NCBI GenBank assembly: GCA_049320885.1
Contig: JBMORA010000004.1
Location: forward strand, 1 to 31,370
Reading direction: 5' to 3'
Source of the DNA: Thermodesulfobacteriota bacterium
GTDB lineage: Bacteria > Desulfobacterota > Desulfobacteria > Desulfobacterales > SURF-7
DNA length: 31,370 bases
The notes under the pieces are model-generated. The model searched no databases, was not told where the DNA came from, and worked only from the letters and a program-made list of their open reading frames with translations. Below, one piece after another: positions 10,681 to 19,676 of the stretch; the stretch's first letter is position 1; each line of letters opens with the position of its first letter. The position numbers were made by a program, and so were the translations under genes.

Positions 10681-12329
10681 GCTACCACCTCCATCTGTTT
10701 TTCAAATTCATTAATATCTTTTAGGAATGACGTTTTCTTGGGGTATAATGCTCTAAGCAAATAGTTTTTTGCCTCCACTACACGCTTTAGATCTATTCCA
10801 TCAACAACCTCGCCCAATACGTTCCGATCAAAATATATACGACAGTGCTTTTGGATTGCTTTTACCCAAGACACATATATCTGTAGCGGTTTAGCAGGTG
10901 TATTTCCATAAGCGATTAATTCTTTGAGCATAGCTGAAAAGGGTTTTTCTAAGCTCTCCCAGTAGTCGGATTCGATGTTTTTATATGAGCTTAAATGCCC
11001 CGCTTTATTGATAGCGCTTGTTACGTGATTCCATTTTTGTTTTCCGCTGTTATCCGTTTGAGGCTTAAACCAAGCCCTGATCAGCGAAAAGCGAAGTTCA
11101 TCTATCAACTGCTCGGCAAGCTGCAATGCTTCTGAGACATGATCTTTCAGGGCTTGGACACCATCATCGAGTGCCTGAAATGTCGGCATACTGGTTTCAT
11201 ACCAGCATTTTACATTCGCATTGGTTGCATCATAGCCAAAACACCAGAGCCTTGTATTGGTGACATGGCGCTTTTCATCATAATAATGCTTAACAGCCAA
11301 AGCTCTGCCCCAACGCATTTTCCTGTTTTTTTCATCCGCATATTCATCATAATTTAGTGAGACCCACTGCCTGAATCCATCTCCAGCGCATCTTCCTTCA
11401 ATCGCCTTTGGGAATTTGTCTTTTGCTGTTCGGGTATAGGGGGTTAGTGGATGTGCCCATCCATTGGTGTAATAAACGCCATTATGGATTCGCTTATAAA
11501 ATCTTACTCCATGTTCAATATCGTCCCCCGATACATCGCACTGACCTTTCACCGGTTCTATTTTTAGCCTGATACGTCTTGGCATCGCCCAATAATGTTG
11601 CATTGGATTTGCATCAGATGGCGACGTCGACTCCTTATTGGGGCTAGTGCGCGTTTTTTCCATCCAAGGGAAAATATCAGCAAAACTTTTTTTCTCCGGA
11701 TCACCCGGAATCAAATCCATATCCTCCTTGTAGATCACATTCAGCCATAGCTTTTGCCATAAAAAGCATTGATTCGAATAAGGCATTATCAGCGTTGTCA
11801 GTGGGGCATTACCCCTGAGCCCGACTCGGTGCTTCCCCCAGGCTAAAACACCGGTGATCTGCAGATTGTACAAGGCCAATGCCGCCCAGTAAGGAGATAC
11901 AAGCACAATTTGTCTCGATTTAACGAACAGATCCTTGTTTTCTTTCCGAGTATTGTCGCTTAATGCGCCGCCGATCAAATCTTCAATGGGCAGCCATTCT
12001 CCCTCAAAGTCGTCATGGTCTTGCATGAATCCAGCACCATTACTGAAATCGATTGAAAAAGCATCTTTCTCCTTTTCCAAAGCTGCTCGCAGGTCGGTCG
12101 CCGATGGTAATTTTTCCCAATAATCTTTCCAAGCATCTTCATCTTCAGGTGCGAAACAGGTTTGCAACAGTCCAATCAGGAATTGATAGATCGCACCCTG
12201 GAAATCAGGACGCGGCGCCGTGATCTCAACAACCGGATTTTCAGGCTCGGCGATCTGCCAGGGCATAATGGTATCGGGTTTATCATCCGCACGAATGACC
12301 GGAATCCATGGGTCGGTGATCAGGTTCAT
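10677..12329 (-). CDS. cas8e: Cas8e (Cse1/CasA) large subunit, divergent
   Basis: MNLITDPWIPV, APRPDFQGA, FMQD, PLTTL, FPWM, YWAMPRRIRL and HPLTPY motifs. ATG at 12329 overlaps the cas3 stop. Confidence 0.95.
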   Translation of the reverse strand: MNLITDPWIPVIRADDKPDTIMPWQIAEPENPVVEITAPRPDFQGAIYQFLIGLLQTCFAPEDEDAWKDYWEKLPSATDLRAALEKEKDAFSIDFSNGAGFMQDHDDFEGEWLPIEDLIGGALSDNTRKENKDLFVKSRQIVLVSPYWAALALYNLQITGVLAWGKHRVGLRGNAPLTTLIMPYSNQCFLWQKLWLNVIYKEDMDLIPGDPEKKSFADIFPWMEKTRTSPNKESTSPSDANPMQHYWAMPRRIRLKIEPVKGQCDVSGDDIEHGVRFYKRIHNGVYYTNGWAHPLTPYTRTAKDKFPKAIEGRCAGDGFRQWVSLNYDEYADEKNRKMRWGRALAVKHYYDEKRHVTNTRLWCFGYDATNANVKCWYETSMPTFQALDDGVQALKDHVSEALQLAEQLIDELRFSLIRAWFKPQTDNSGKQKWNHVTSAINKAGHLSSYKNIESDYWESLEKPFSAMLKELIAYGNTPAKPLQIYVSWVKAIQKHCRIYFDRNVLGEVVDGIDLKRVVEAKNYLLRALYPKKTSFLKDINEFEKQMEVVA

Positions 12330-15058
12330 AGACTTTCTCCTGTTTCTGGTTGCCAACCATCGGCAGTGTTATAGTAACTTGTTGTTTCGTATGTGAGCGG
12401 GAAAACCTCAAGCCAACGAAGGAAATTAACTTCGGCTTTTAGATCTTCGATCCGCTTTTGCATGGCTGCTGAAATTTGCTGCTTGGCTTTTTTCCACTCA
12501 TACTCAGGTATTTTTACAGTGCTCATCGCCCATTCATGGTGCGAAACTTTGGCGTAAGGCTGCAATTGCCCTTGGATAAATCTTGCAAGAGCAACAGTAA
12601 CCGTCTCCTGTTCGGTCAAGCGTGTCGGAATATGGATTTCTTCATCCCAATCGCCACTGGATCTGGTGTAACCCTTGTTTAATTTTAGCGCGTTCAGGTT
12701 CGCCATGCTCTTTTTCGACTGATCTTTGCCAATTGCATCATAGGAATCTCTTCTCAATTTTTCTGGAATGCTATCTTCTGCACAATGCGAATAGACACCT
12801 TCGATCAAGCTCCTGGCATCATCCGGCATGGTGAACTTTCCTTTTCCATCATTCAACAACAGTTTGGCCGTCAACCAGAGCTGGCCGACATGAGGGTAAA
12901 CCGCCTGAGTGCCTTCCTGATGCGTTTTCAACCAGCTCGCATCAGCATCTTCCTTTGGATAAGGTGCAAATAGGTAAAGAATCGCTGTTCCGCGTTGGTC
13001 TTTGGCATCCAACTCCCTGATCCGGTTGCCTTGCCCATCGCGAATATGCCGGCGCAGACGTCCTGCCCTTTGAATGATGAGGTCAATCGGAGCAAGATCA
13101 GTAATCAACACGTCAAAATCCAAATCCAGCGATTGTTCAACAACCTGAGTGGCAATCAGCACTTGCCCTTTCCGATCTTCATGATTCGATTTTTCGCCGA
13201 ATCTCTCCTCTGTATCCGATTCAATCCGTTGTCTATCAACCATTGCAAACCGGCTATGAAACAGGTGTAGATGCCCCTTGTCCAACCAATCACTTTCTGC
13301 CAAAAGACGGTGGGACGCTCGCGCCGCTTTTACAGTATTTCTAATCCAGCAAACGCACTGACCTTTGTTTATTGCTTGCTGAATTTGGTCAATTACCGCC
13401 TTTCCCGTTTCCAGATGTCCGATCATTACCGTGCGTTTCACTTCTTCACGAGTATCGATGGATTTTTCTACCTCGCCCGCTGTCGGTGAATGTGTGGCCA
13501 GCGGGTAGGCATTACTATAAATCTCGATGTTTGAATCGCCAAGGCCGCGATGAAATGCAGCGACCAGATCTTCACGCATGGTTTGCGGTAATGTAGCTGA
13601 TAACAGAATCACACTTCCGCCCTGCCTTGCATGTATCTCCAGCAATGCATCAAGTAATTTTTGCATGTAGCTGTCATAAGCGTGAACCTCGTCTACCAGC
13701 AGCACCTTACGCCCAAGGCCAAGAAGTCGCAAGGCTTGGTGTCTTGCAGGCAACACAGCCAGCAAAGCCTGGTCAAGGGTACCAACACCCACATCAGCCA
13801 GCAATGCCTTTTTCCGACTATCAGCGAGCCATGCATTGCAATAAGCCGTGGCGGTTAACTCCTGTTCTTGATCATCATGGCTTTCTGTATAATTCAAGTC
13901 TGTTTTCTGATTCGCCGGGAGAAGTACGGATTCGCGAAACACATCTGACAGTTCCCTCGCCCCATGAGCCAATACCAATGAGGGCAAATCACTGTTTTCA
14001 TAAAATCGGCGATATACTTGTCCCAACCTCCGATACATGGCATTGGCGGTAGCCATCGTTGGCAATGCCACATAAAGTCCATCTGCTAATCCGGCATTTA
14101 ACAAACGGTGTGTTAGAGTCAAAGCAGCTTCTGTTTTACCGGCGCCTGTGACATCTTCGAGAATGAAAAGCTGCGGTTTATCATTTAACGGTTCATTGGT
14201 TGCATATACCTGTAACGGCGTCGGTTGTTTGATAAACGGGAACAGGTTGCTTAGGCCTTGAAACAGGCTCACTTTTGGCTTTGCAGGCATGGATTGAATC
14301 GCAATTTCTGCGGAGGGCAAAGCGCGTTTATACCAATAGACAGTCAAATCCTCCGGTTCGCTATGATAACTGAAATACTCCTGGTTTGATCCTATCCAGT
14401 CCGCCAGAACTGCGAGTCCGGCGAGTTGCCATGAGGCGGTTTTCAGCCGTTGTTTAAGATCAATATCGCGCAAGACCGCATGTTCAAACTCGGAAAGAAA
14501 CAAGCTGTATACGTCTTGGACAAAATGACAGGCTGCCTCCTCATCTTCCGGTTCAAAAAAATTTGAAATTCGGCCGCCTGATTTTTTCGGCGGCATGCCA
14601 TGATGACCTGTAACAATTTCCAGCCACCGCTCAATTTTTTTCAACCATTCATCGCTACCTGGAAGCTGCTTTTCAAGTTGAACAGATAGCCTATCCTGCC
14701 ATAACCAGAATCCAAGAGTATCATGACGCTCATTGTATTGCATTCTTGGGTTGGCCTTAACCAAATCAGAAGACAGTTCAATTTTCAACCCTTGGAAAGC
14801 TCTTGAGAATTTGCCTATATCATGAAGTGCCAAACAAAAGATAAAAAAAGCGCGCAACCAGCGTGTCTCGACCTTAAGCTGTGCTGCTAAGTGAATGCAA
14901 AGAGGTTTTTGCGGATTCAGCAAAATCCAACCAACTGCCGCTACATCAAGGCAGTGATACACCAGTGGATGCCACTTAGGTTCGCCGATATAGTTTGGAT
15001 CAGCTTTCCCCCAATAATTAAAATAACCTGGAACCATGGTCTTGTTGCTATGATTCAA
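12326..15058 (-). CDS. cas3: Cas3 HD nuclease/SF2 helicase
   Basis: YWGKA, HCLDVA, HDIGK, GHHG and ADWIGS (HD domain); TGAGKTE, DEVH, SAT, HSRF and QRAGR (helicase). TTG start with GGAGG RBS. Confidence 0.98.
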   Translation of the reverse strand: MNHSNKTMVPGYFNYWGKADPNYIGEPKWHPLVYHCLDVAAVGWILLNPQKPLCIHLAAQLKVETRWLRAFFIFCLALHDIGKFSRAFQGLKIELSSDLVKANPRMQYNERHDTLGFWLWQDRLSVQLEKQLPGSDEWLKKIERWLEIVTGHHGMPPKKSGGRISNFFEPEDEEAACHFVQDVYSLFLSEFEHAVLRDIDLKQRLKTASWQLAGLAVLADWIGSNQEYFSYHSEPEDLTVYWYKRALPSAEIAIQSMPAKPKVSLFQGLSNLFPFIKQPTPLQVYATNEPLNDKPQLFILEDVTGAGKTEAALTLTHRLLNAGLADGLYVALPTMATANAMYRRLGQVYRRFYENSDLPSLVLAHGARELSDVFRESVLLPANQKTDLNYTESHDDQEQELTATAYCNAWLADSRKKALLADVGVGTLDQALLAVLPARHQALRLLGLGRKVLLVDEVHAYDSYMQKLLDALLEIHARQGGSVILLSATLPQTMREDLVAAFHRGLGDSNIEIYSNAYPLATHSPTAGEVEKSIDTREEVKRTVMIGHLETGKAVIDQIQQAINKGQCVCWIRNTVKAARASHRLLAESDWLDKGHLHLFHSRFAMVDRQRIESDTEERFGEKSNHEDRKGQVLIATQVVEQSLDLDFDVLITDLAPIDLIIQRAGRLRRHIRDGQGNRIRELDAKDQRGTAILYLFAPYPKEDADASWLKTHQEGTQAVYPHVGQLWLTAKLLLNDGKGKFTMPDDARSLIEGVYSHCAEDSIPEKLRRDSYDAIGKDQSKKSMANLNALKLNKGYTRSSGDWDEEIHIPTRLTEQETVTVALARFIQGQLQPYAKVSHHEWAMSTVKIPEYEWKKAKQQISAAMQKRIEDLKAEVNFLRWLEVFPLTYETTSYYNTADGWQPETGESL

Positions 15059-15168
15059 AAGACTTCCTCCAGTTCATGTTTTATTCAACTATTCATTTTT
15101 CTTAATGTCTTCAACAATATCCATGCTCACTATAAAAATTTCGCCAACGCTACCCGCGTATCGTTTCA

Positions 15169-15236
15169 GAATTGAAATTTGAGATGCCGGGCGCCGCTGG
15201 CGCCAATTTCAAAACTGCCATTTCAAATTTCAAATC
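15169..15236. repeat. Inverted repeat of heptamer units (RATTTGA-like) between the four-helix gene and cas3
   Basis: GAATTGAAATTTGAGA (15169-15184) pairs with TTTCAAATTTCAAATC (15221-15236), 14/16. It encloses a GGCGCC-GCT-GGCGCC palindrome. Confidence 0.6.
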
Positions 15237-15238
15237 TC

Positions 15239-15871
15239 TCACTCCTTTTCCCTTTCCATTTTGAATTTCCGCAACGGATGCTCCGGCGGCAGATGATCCA
15301 GCAACTCCTTTTCAAAGGCTTCCGCCTCTTTGTTCGCAAAGTAACGACTTTTGGTTTTTTTATTCAGATGACGCTGACCGGCTATGTCGGAATTCTGCAA
15401 ATGATCGGCCCAGGCGCGTAGTTGGCGGGAGCAGCTTTCGGCGAGGGATTTGAGATTTGAAATTTGAGATTTGAGAGGAATGGATTCTTGGGATTTGGGA
15501 TTTGGAAGCCGGGATTGAGGAGCGGAAAATCGTGAATCAAAGGAATTGGGTTTTTGCGCCGTTGTTTTTGATTTCAAATCTGACATTTCAAATCTCAAAT
15601 CTCCATACCTGCGTTCGATGAAACACAGCATGGACCGGACTTCGCCAGCCGATCCCCTGGCGATATAGAGGAATGCCAGCAGCTCTTTGGTGGTGCCGCG
15701 TTCAAAGCCTTCGGCGATGTTGTTGGAAACCGAAAGAGCGGCGCGCTCGATCTGGTCCCGCAGGCTCCGACTGCCCGGCCAGCCGCATTTTTCGGTCAGG
15801 TCATAAACGCCTTCCGCCAGACGCAGGGCGTCCTGCCAAACCGGGACTTCCTCAAAACGTGCATAGGTCAT
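15239..15871 (-). CDS. Four-helix-bundle protein (23S rRNA IVP / Avd-like fold) with internal insertion
   Basis: RFEEVPVWQDA ... LRDQIERAALSVSNNIAEGFER ... FLYIARGSAGEVRSML family signature. Confidence 0.9.
   Translation of the reverse strand: MTYARFEEVPVWQDALRLAEGVYDLTEKCGWPGSRSLRDQIERAALSVSNNIAEGFERGTTKELLAFLYIARGSAGEVRSMLCFIERRYGDLRFEMSDLKSKTTAQKPNSFDSRFSAPQSRLPNPKSQESIPLKSQISNLKSLAESCSRQLRAWADHLQNSDIAGQRHLNKKTKSRYFANKEAEAFEKELLDHLPPEHPLRKFKMEREKE
15447..15601. repeat. Intragenic inverted repeat: two 28-nt arms of four heptamers each
   Basis: GATTTGA GATTTGA AATTTGA GATTTGA (15447-15474) versus TCAAATC TGACATT TCAAATC TCAAATC (15574-15601); 26/28 complementary with a 99-nt loop. Confidence 0.85.
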
Positions 15872-15890
15872 GGGATCGTCTCCCTTTCCT

Positions 15891-17054
15891 TCAAATTTTT
15901 GGGACCTCGTATTGGGTCATCACTGCTACGATCTCCTCGATCTCCGGGTTGCCGGGGGCCGCCTGCCGCGCCGCCGCCGCCAGATCCCACAAACGGCCGT
16001 TGGGGGTCAGCAGGCGGCGGGAGCAGTCGGGCTCGCAGAAATCGCTTTCCTGGTAAAAGGCCTTGATCCGGCGGTCGAAATCGTCCTTCAATTCCTGTTT
16101 GATCAGGGCCAGCTCTTCCAGGCGGTACAGAAAAGTCTGGGCGGAGATGCCGAAGCGGTGCTTGAGGCGCAGCAGGAGTTCGTAGGACCATTGGCCGGGC
16201 GAGATGCCGAGCTGGGCCACGGTTTCCCGGACGGCCGGCGCCGGCATGAGAAAACAGGCGGCAAAGCGCCGGGCCGCGCGATGGGCCGTGAAGGGTTTTC
16301 CCGGGTCATGGTGCGGGCTTTCCGGTTCGGTTTGTCCAGCGGCGGTCTCGGCGGGAAACGGGTCGCCGCCCTGTTGGAGGGCCGCCGTCAGGATCAGAAC
16401 CCGCCCGAATTCGTAAATCAGTTTGAACAACTGGCGTTCGGAGTTGAGGCGGCTGTTCAGAAAAAAGAAGGCATTCTGGTTACGGCGGTCGAAATACGAA
16501 AAACTTTCCGTGGTTTTGGCCATGGGCACCACCAGGACCCGCAGGCCCGTGTTTTCGAACAGCTCGAAATAATCGAAGACCACGCCATTCTCGATTCCCA
16601 TGTACCGCCGCGCGTCCCGGGCAAGGACTTCCATGCCGGCCGGCTCCGGCGAAAAGGGAATCAGCAGTGGAACCCGGGCGTGCTTGGGGGCCCGGCAGAT
16701 ATCCTCCAGGCTGCTGAAGGCATTGATCAGGTCGGCGGCCATGATCCGGATTTTCCGCGGCAGCGGCGGCCCGCCGCTGTTGTTGAGGGTGCAGATGAAC
16801 GGATCGCCGGTTTCCTCCACCTGGCGCATCAGCCGGGCCTGGTCGGTCTCGGAAAACAACATCTCCACGGACACGCCCAGGGCCCGGGAGAGCCGGTACA
16901 GGGCTGCGGCGGACGGGGCGTTTTCCCCCCGCTCCATGCGCCCCAGGGGCACCTCGCCCACCGTGGCCTGGCGCGCCAGTTCGGCAATGGTCCAGCCCCG
17001 CTGCCGCCGGAAAAAACGGATATTCCGGCCGATAAACCGAAGATCACCCGACAT
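15891..17054 (-). CDS. XRE-family HTH regulator fused to an ImmA/IrrE-like domain with a degenerate metal site
   Basis: IGRNIRFFRRQRGWTIAELA...ERGENAPS...LSRALGVSV (HTH_3); LNSERQLFKLIYEFGR and AARRFAACFLMP (IrrE-like). ATG at 17054 follows a strong GGAGGAGGAG RBS. Confidence 0.88.
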   Translation of the reverse strand: MSGDLRFIGRNIRFFRRQRGWTIAELARQATVGEVPLGRMERGENAPSAAALYRLSRALGVSVEMLFSETDQARLMRQVEETGDPFICTLNNSGGPPLPRKIRIMAADLINAFSSLEDICRAPKHARVPLLIPFSPEPAGMEVLARDARRYMGIENGVVFDYFELFENTGLRVLVVPMAKTTESFSYFDRRNQNAFFFLNSRLNSERQLFKLIYEFGRVLILTAALQQGGDPFPAETAAGQTEPESPHHDPGKPFTAHRAARRFAACFLMPAPAVRETVAQLGISPGQWSYELLLRLKHRFGISAQTFLYRLEELALIKQELKDDFDRRIKAFYQESDFCEPDCSRRLLTPNGRLWDLAAAARQAAPGNPEIEEIVAVMTQYEVPKI

Positions 17055-17123
17055 TTCTCCTCCTCCGGAACCGGATGTTGGAAAGTCGTTCGCTCTGTCT
17101 CTATAGATATTATGATGTCTCCG

Positions 17124-17153
17124 CATATATCGCTTTGTTGTTATTTTTGTCAA
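17124..17153 (-). promoter_or_regulatory. Candidate sigma70 promoter for the XRE gene
   Basis: Perfect TTGACA (17153-17148) followed 17-18 nt later by a weak -10 (ATATAT/TATATG), in an AT-rich region. Confidence 0.4.
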
Positions 17154-17233
17154 TATGATTGTTTATTTCACATTTAATATCGTTAAGTGTTTACTCAAGC
17201 CACTTCTTCGGGCAATAACATGACGCCAGAAAA

Positions 17234-17305
17234 GTCATTCCTGATCCGGCAGCCAAGAAATACAACTTGAAAAATGCTGGATGCCGGATCGGGTCCGGCA
17301 GGACG
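17234..17305. repeat. Degenerate REP-like palindromic element (GTCATTCC...GATCCGGCA / TGCCGGATC...CCGGCAGGACG)
   Basis: GATCCGGCA (17243-17251) and TGCCGGATC (17282-17290) are perfect inverted arms. Overall resembles CGTC-type REP pairs. Confidence 0.55.
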
Positions 17306-17490
17306 AAGACCGAGCTATCCGACTTGGTACCATTTCATCCAATTTCGGTATCCGCGTAATTTTTTTTTGCTACATTGTAAAAAAAACCGGCACCACAGCA
17401 TGCATCATCGCCCCCTGGCCTGGAGTTGCTGAGCCGATTTTCGCTGATATCATTGATAACCGCCCCCTTCTATTCATCCTTCCCGCCGGA

Positions 17491-17506
17491 TGGCATGAAT
17501 GTTGCT
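17491..17506 (+). promoter_or_regulatory. Sigma54 (-24/-12) promoter
   Basis: TGGCAT-GAATG-TTGCT matches TGGCAY-N5-TTGCW with exact spacing, about 70 nt upstream of the transporter start. Confidence 0.75.
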
Positions 17507-17578
17507 GTCTCTCACTGAGACATCGAATTGACGCATCCAGACAATTGACATATGAAAATTCAGGGCAGGAGGGAGTAT

Positions 17579-19435
17579 ATGGATCACGGGACAACCGGGA
17601 AAAAAGCGACGGGTTACGACAAGTACGTGGACTGGAAGATTCTCAGCATACCGTTAACGCTTTTTTTCATCATTCTTCTAATACCCACACCCCACAGCAT
17701 GAAAGATGTTGGAACCGAATATAAGATCGGGCCCCAGGCTGTTATCAATACGATAACCAGCACTTTGTTTCAAACGGACAGCCATAAAGCCGATCAATGG
17801 CAGCTCCTGACGGCGCGCATAATGGAAAAAAACATGCAGATGGGGGCACTGTCCAGGAGTCGCTTCCTCTCCAGGGATGTGAAGTGGTGCAGCAAGGAAG
17901 GCATTCCGGCTGTGAAACAGAACTTGGACCAGGCGATCCGATTCATCGATGCCCGGATTACGGATGAAGCCTATGCCGAACTGATGAAAAACATGCTGGC
18001 ACTCCGCAAGGAGGGACTGGAATATGACCGCCTGGCAGAAGCTGACAAGAAATCGGCCGCCACCGGGGCCTGGCATATCCAGGTGGCGCTGGCAACCACC
18101 GTGTTTGTGGTCGGATGCTTCCTGACCGAATGCATCCCGTTGCCTGGCGTGGCCTTCTGTGTGGGGCTGATCTTTGTGTTAACCGGCGTTGTCGGCAGGG
18201 AGGAGGTGGCCGGCCTTTACTGGAGCGATTCCGTATGGTTCATCATGGGCAGCCTGATGTTCGCCGCGGCCTTGGTGAAAACCGGCGTGGACAAACGTGT
18301 CTGCCTGATGATGTTCAAAAAACTGGCCGTGCCCAGCGTCAAATGGATTACCCTGATCTTTTTCATCGTCATTGCCCCGCTGGCGGCATTTATCTCCGAC
18401 CATGCCCTGGCCGCCATGTTCCTGCCCATCGGCATGCTGCTATATCAGAACAGCCTGACCCGCGAGGTTCCGGAAGATCCGGAGCTGGGCAAGATCCTGA
18501 TGATCGGAATCGCCATGGCCTGCAACATCGGTGGGCCAGGCGCTCCTTCCGGCGGGGCCCGGAACGTCATCATGATGACCTATCTCAATGATATGTTCGG
18601 AATGGACATCGGATATTACCAATGGATGATCTACGGCATGCCCTTTGTGATCATCATGATTCCGACTACCTGGTTGGTCCTCAACTGGCGGTTCAAACCC
18701 ACCATCAAATCGCTCGCCCCTGCCATGATCCATCTGGAGACCGAAATCAGCAAGATGGGCGGATGGAACAAGAAGCAGATCTGGGCACTGGGGATCTTCC
18801 TGGTGATGATCACCGGATGGTTCACGGAAAAATCGGTCTATGACGCGGGGCTGTTCCCTTACCGGCTCGGTATCGGTGTGATCGCCATCGCCGGCGCCGT
18901 GGCCTATATCTTTGCCGGAGTTGTCAACTGGAGGGATTATCAGGAAAAGGTGGACTGGGGCGTTGTCTGGTTGTATGCAGGCGCCTTGATTTTCGGCCGC
19001 GTTCTGGATTCCACCGGTGCCGCCTACTGGATTGCCAGAAGCGTCATGGACCTGCTTGCACCGTTGGGAATGAATTCCGGTCTCCCGCTGATAGCGGTTT
19101 CCAACGGCTTGACGGCCATCGTGACGAACCTGATGGCGGATGGCCCTGCAGCAGCGGCAGTCGGCCCCGTGACCCTGAACATGGCCGGCTTGGCCCATCC
19201 GGGAACTACCTTTCTCCCGTTCATGGCCATTTCAACAGCCATTGCATCATCTTTCGCATACTGCCTGATCATCGGCACGCCGCCCAATGCCATCGTATAC
19301 GCCAGTGGATATCTGGAGCCCAAGGATTTTCTCCGGATCGGCGTTCCGATCTGGTTCATTTCCCAGATCTTGCTGGGGCTGTTGGTGGGACTGTATTGGA
19401 CCTTCGTCGGGTTCGGCGAACTACCCGGCTTTTGA
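17579..19435 (+). CDS. SLC13/DASS family sodium:sulfate/dicarboxylate symporter
   Basis: Many TM segments; TECIPLP, AFISDHA, CNIGGPGAPSGGARN, VDWGVVWLYAG and IIGTPPNAIVY. ATG at 17579 follows GGAGGGAG. Confidence 0.92.
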   Translation: MDHGTTGKKATGYDKYVDWKILSIPLTLFFIILLIPTPHSMKDVGTEYKIGPQAVINTITSTLFQTDSHKADQWQLLTARIMEKNMQMGALSRSRFLSRDVKWCSKEGIPAVKQNLDQAIRFIDARITDEAYAELMKNMLALRKEGLEYDRLAEADKKSAATGAWHIQVALATTVFVVGCFLTECIPLPGVAFCVGLIFVLTGVVGREEVAGLYWSDSVWFIMGSLMFAAALVKTGVDKRVCLMMFKKLAVPSVKWITLIFFIVIAPLAAFISDHALAAMFLPIGMLLYQNSLTREVPEDPELGKILMIGIAMACNIGGPGAPSGGARNVIMMTYLNDMFGMDIGYYQWMIYGMPFVIIMIPTTWLVLNWRFKPTIKSLAPAMIHLETEISKMGGWNKKQIWALGIFLVMITGWFTEKSVYDAGLFPYRLGIGVIAIAGAVAYIFAGVVNWRDYQEKVDWGVVWLYAGALIFGRVLDSTGAAYWIARSVMDLLAPLGMNSGLPLIAVSNGLTAIVTNLMADGPAAAAVGPVTLNMAGLAHPGTTFLPFMAISTAIASSFAYCLIIGTPPNAIVYASGYLEPKDFLRIGVPIWFISQILLGLLVGLYWTFVGFGELPGF

Positions 19436-19498
19436 CAATGCGGGAAATGGGTGAACCGCAAGACATCTTGCAAAGGATGCGGCGACAAGGAGGAAAAC

Positions 19499-19663
19499 AT
19501 GGACAGCGACTATGCAACAAACGAAGAGCGGAAGGCCAAGGGGCTGTTCCACTACCGCGATGGACGGCTGTATTTTTCCAGGCAGCTGGAACGCCGGTTG
19601 TTTTTCGCCGGAACGATCATCATGCTGATCTGGGGCTTTATCGTCAAGATCGGGTTATTATAA
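19499..19663 (+). CDS. Small single-TM membrane protein (54 aa)
   Basis: AAGGAGG RBS before ATG 19499; hydrophobic C-terminus; in-operon position. Confidence 0.7.
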   Translation: MDSDYATNEERKAKGLFHYRDGRLYFSRQLERRLFFAGTIIMLIWGFIVKIGLL

Positions 19664-19676
19664 CCGGGGGCAATCC

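Noticed and set aside
8148..12329. HNH-fused Cas5/Cas8 or transposon-associated Cascade variant
   Set aside because: No HNH extension or tns genes are seen, and Cas3 has intact HD and helicase motifs.
15059..15238. Mini-array or CreTA-like RNA upstream of cas3 (CCCGCGT near 15153)
   Set aside because: Only about 7 nt match the repeat; no hairpin partner or second repeat.
15239..15871. Diversity-generating retroelement suggested by the Avd-like fold
   Set aside because: No reverse transcriptase in the window, and the differences between the duplicated segments are not adenine-specific as in TR/VR pairs.
15870..17177. 435-aa plus-strand ORF (similarly 23017-24195)
   Set aside because: Antisense to well-supported genes.
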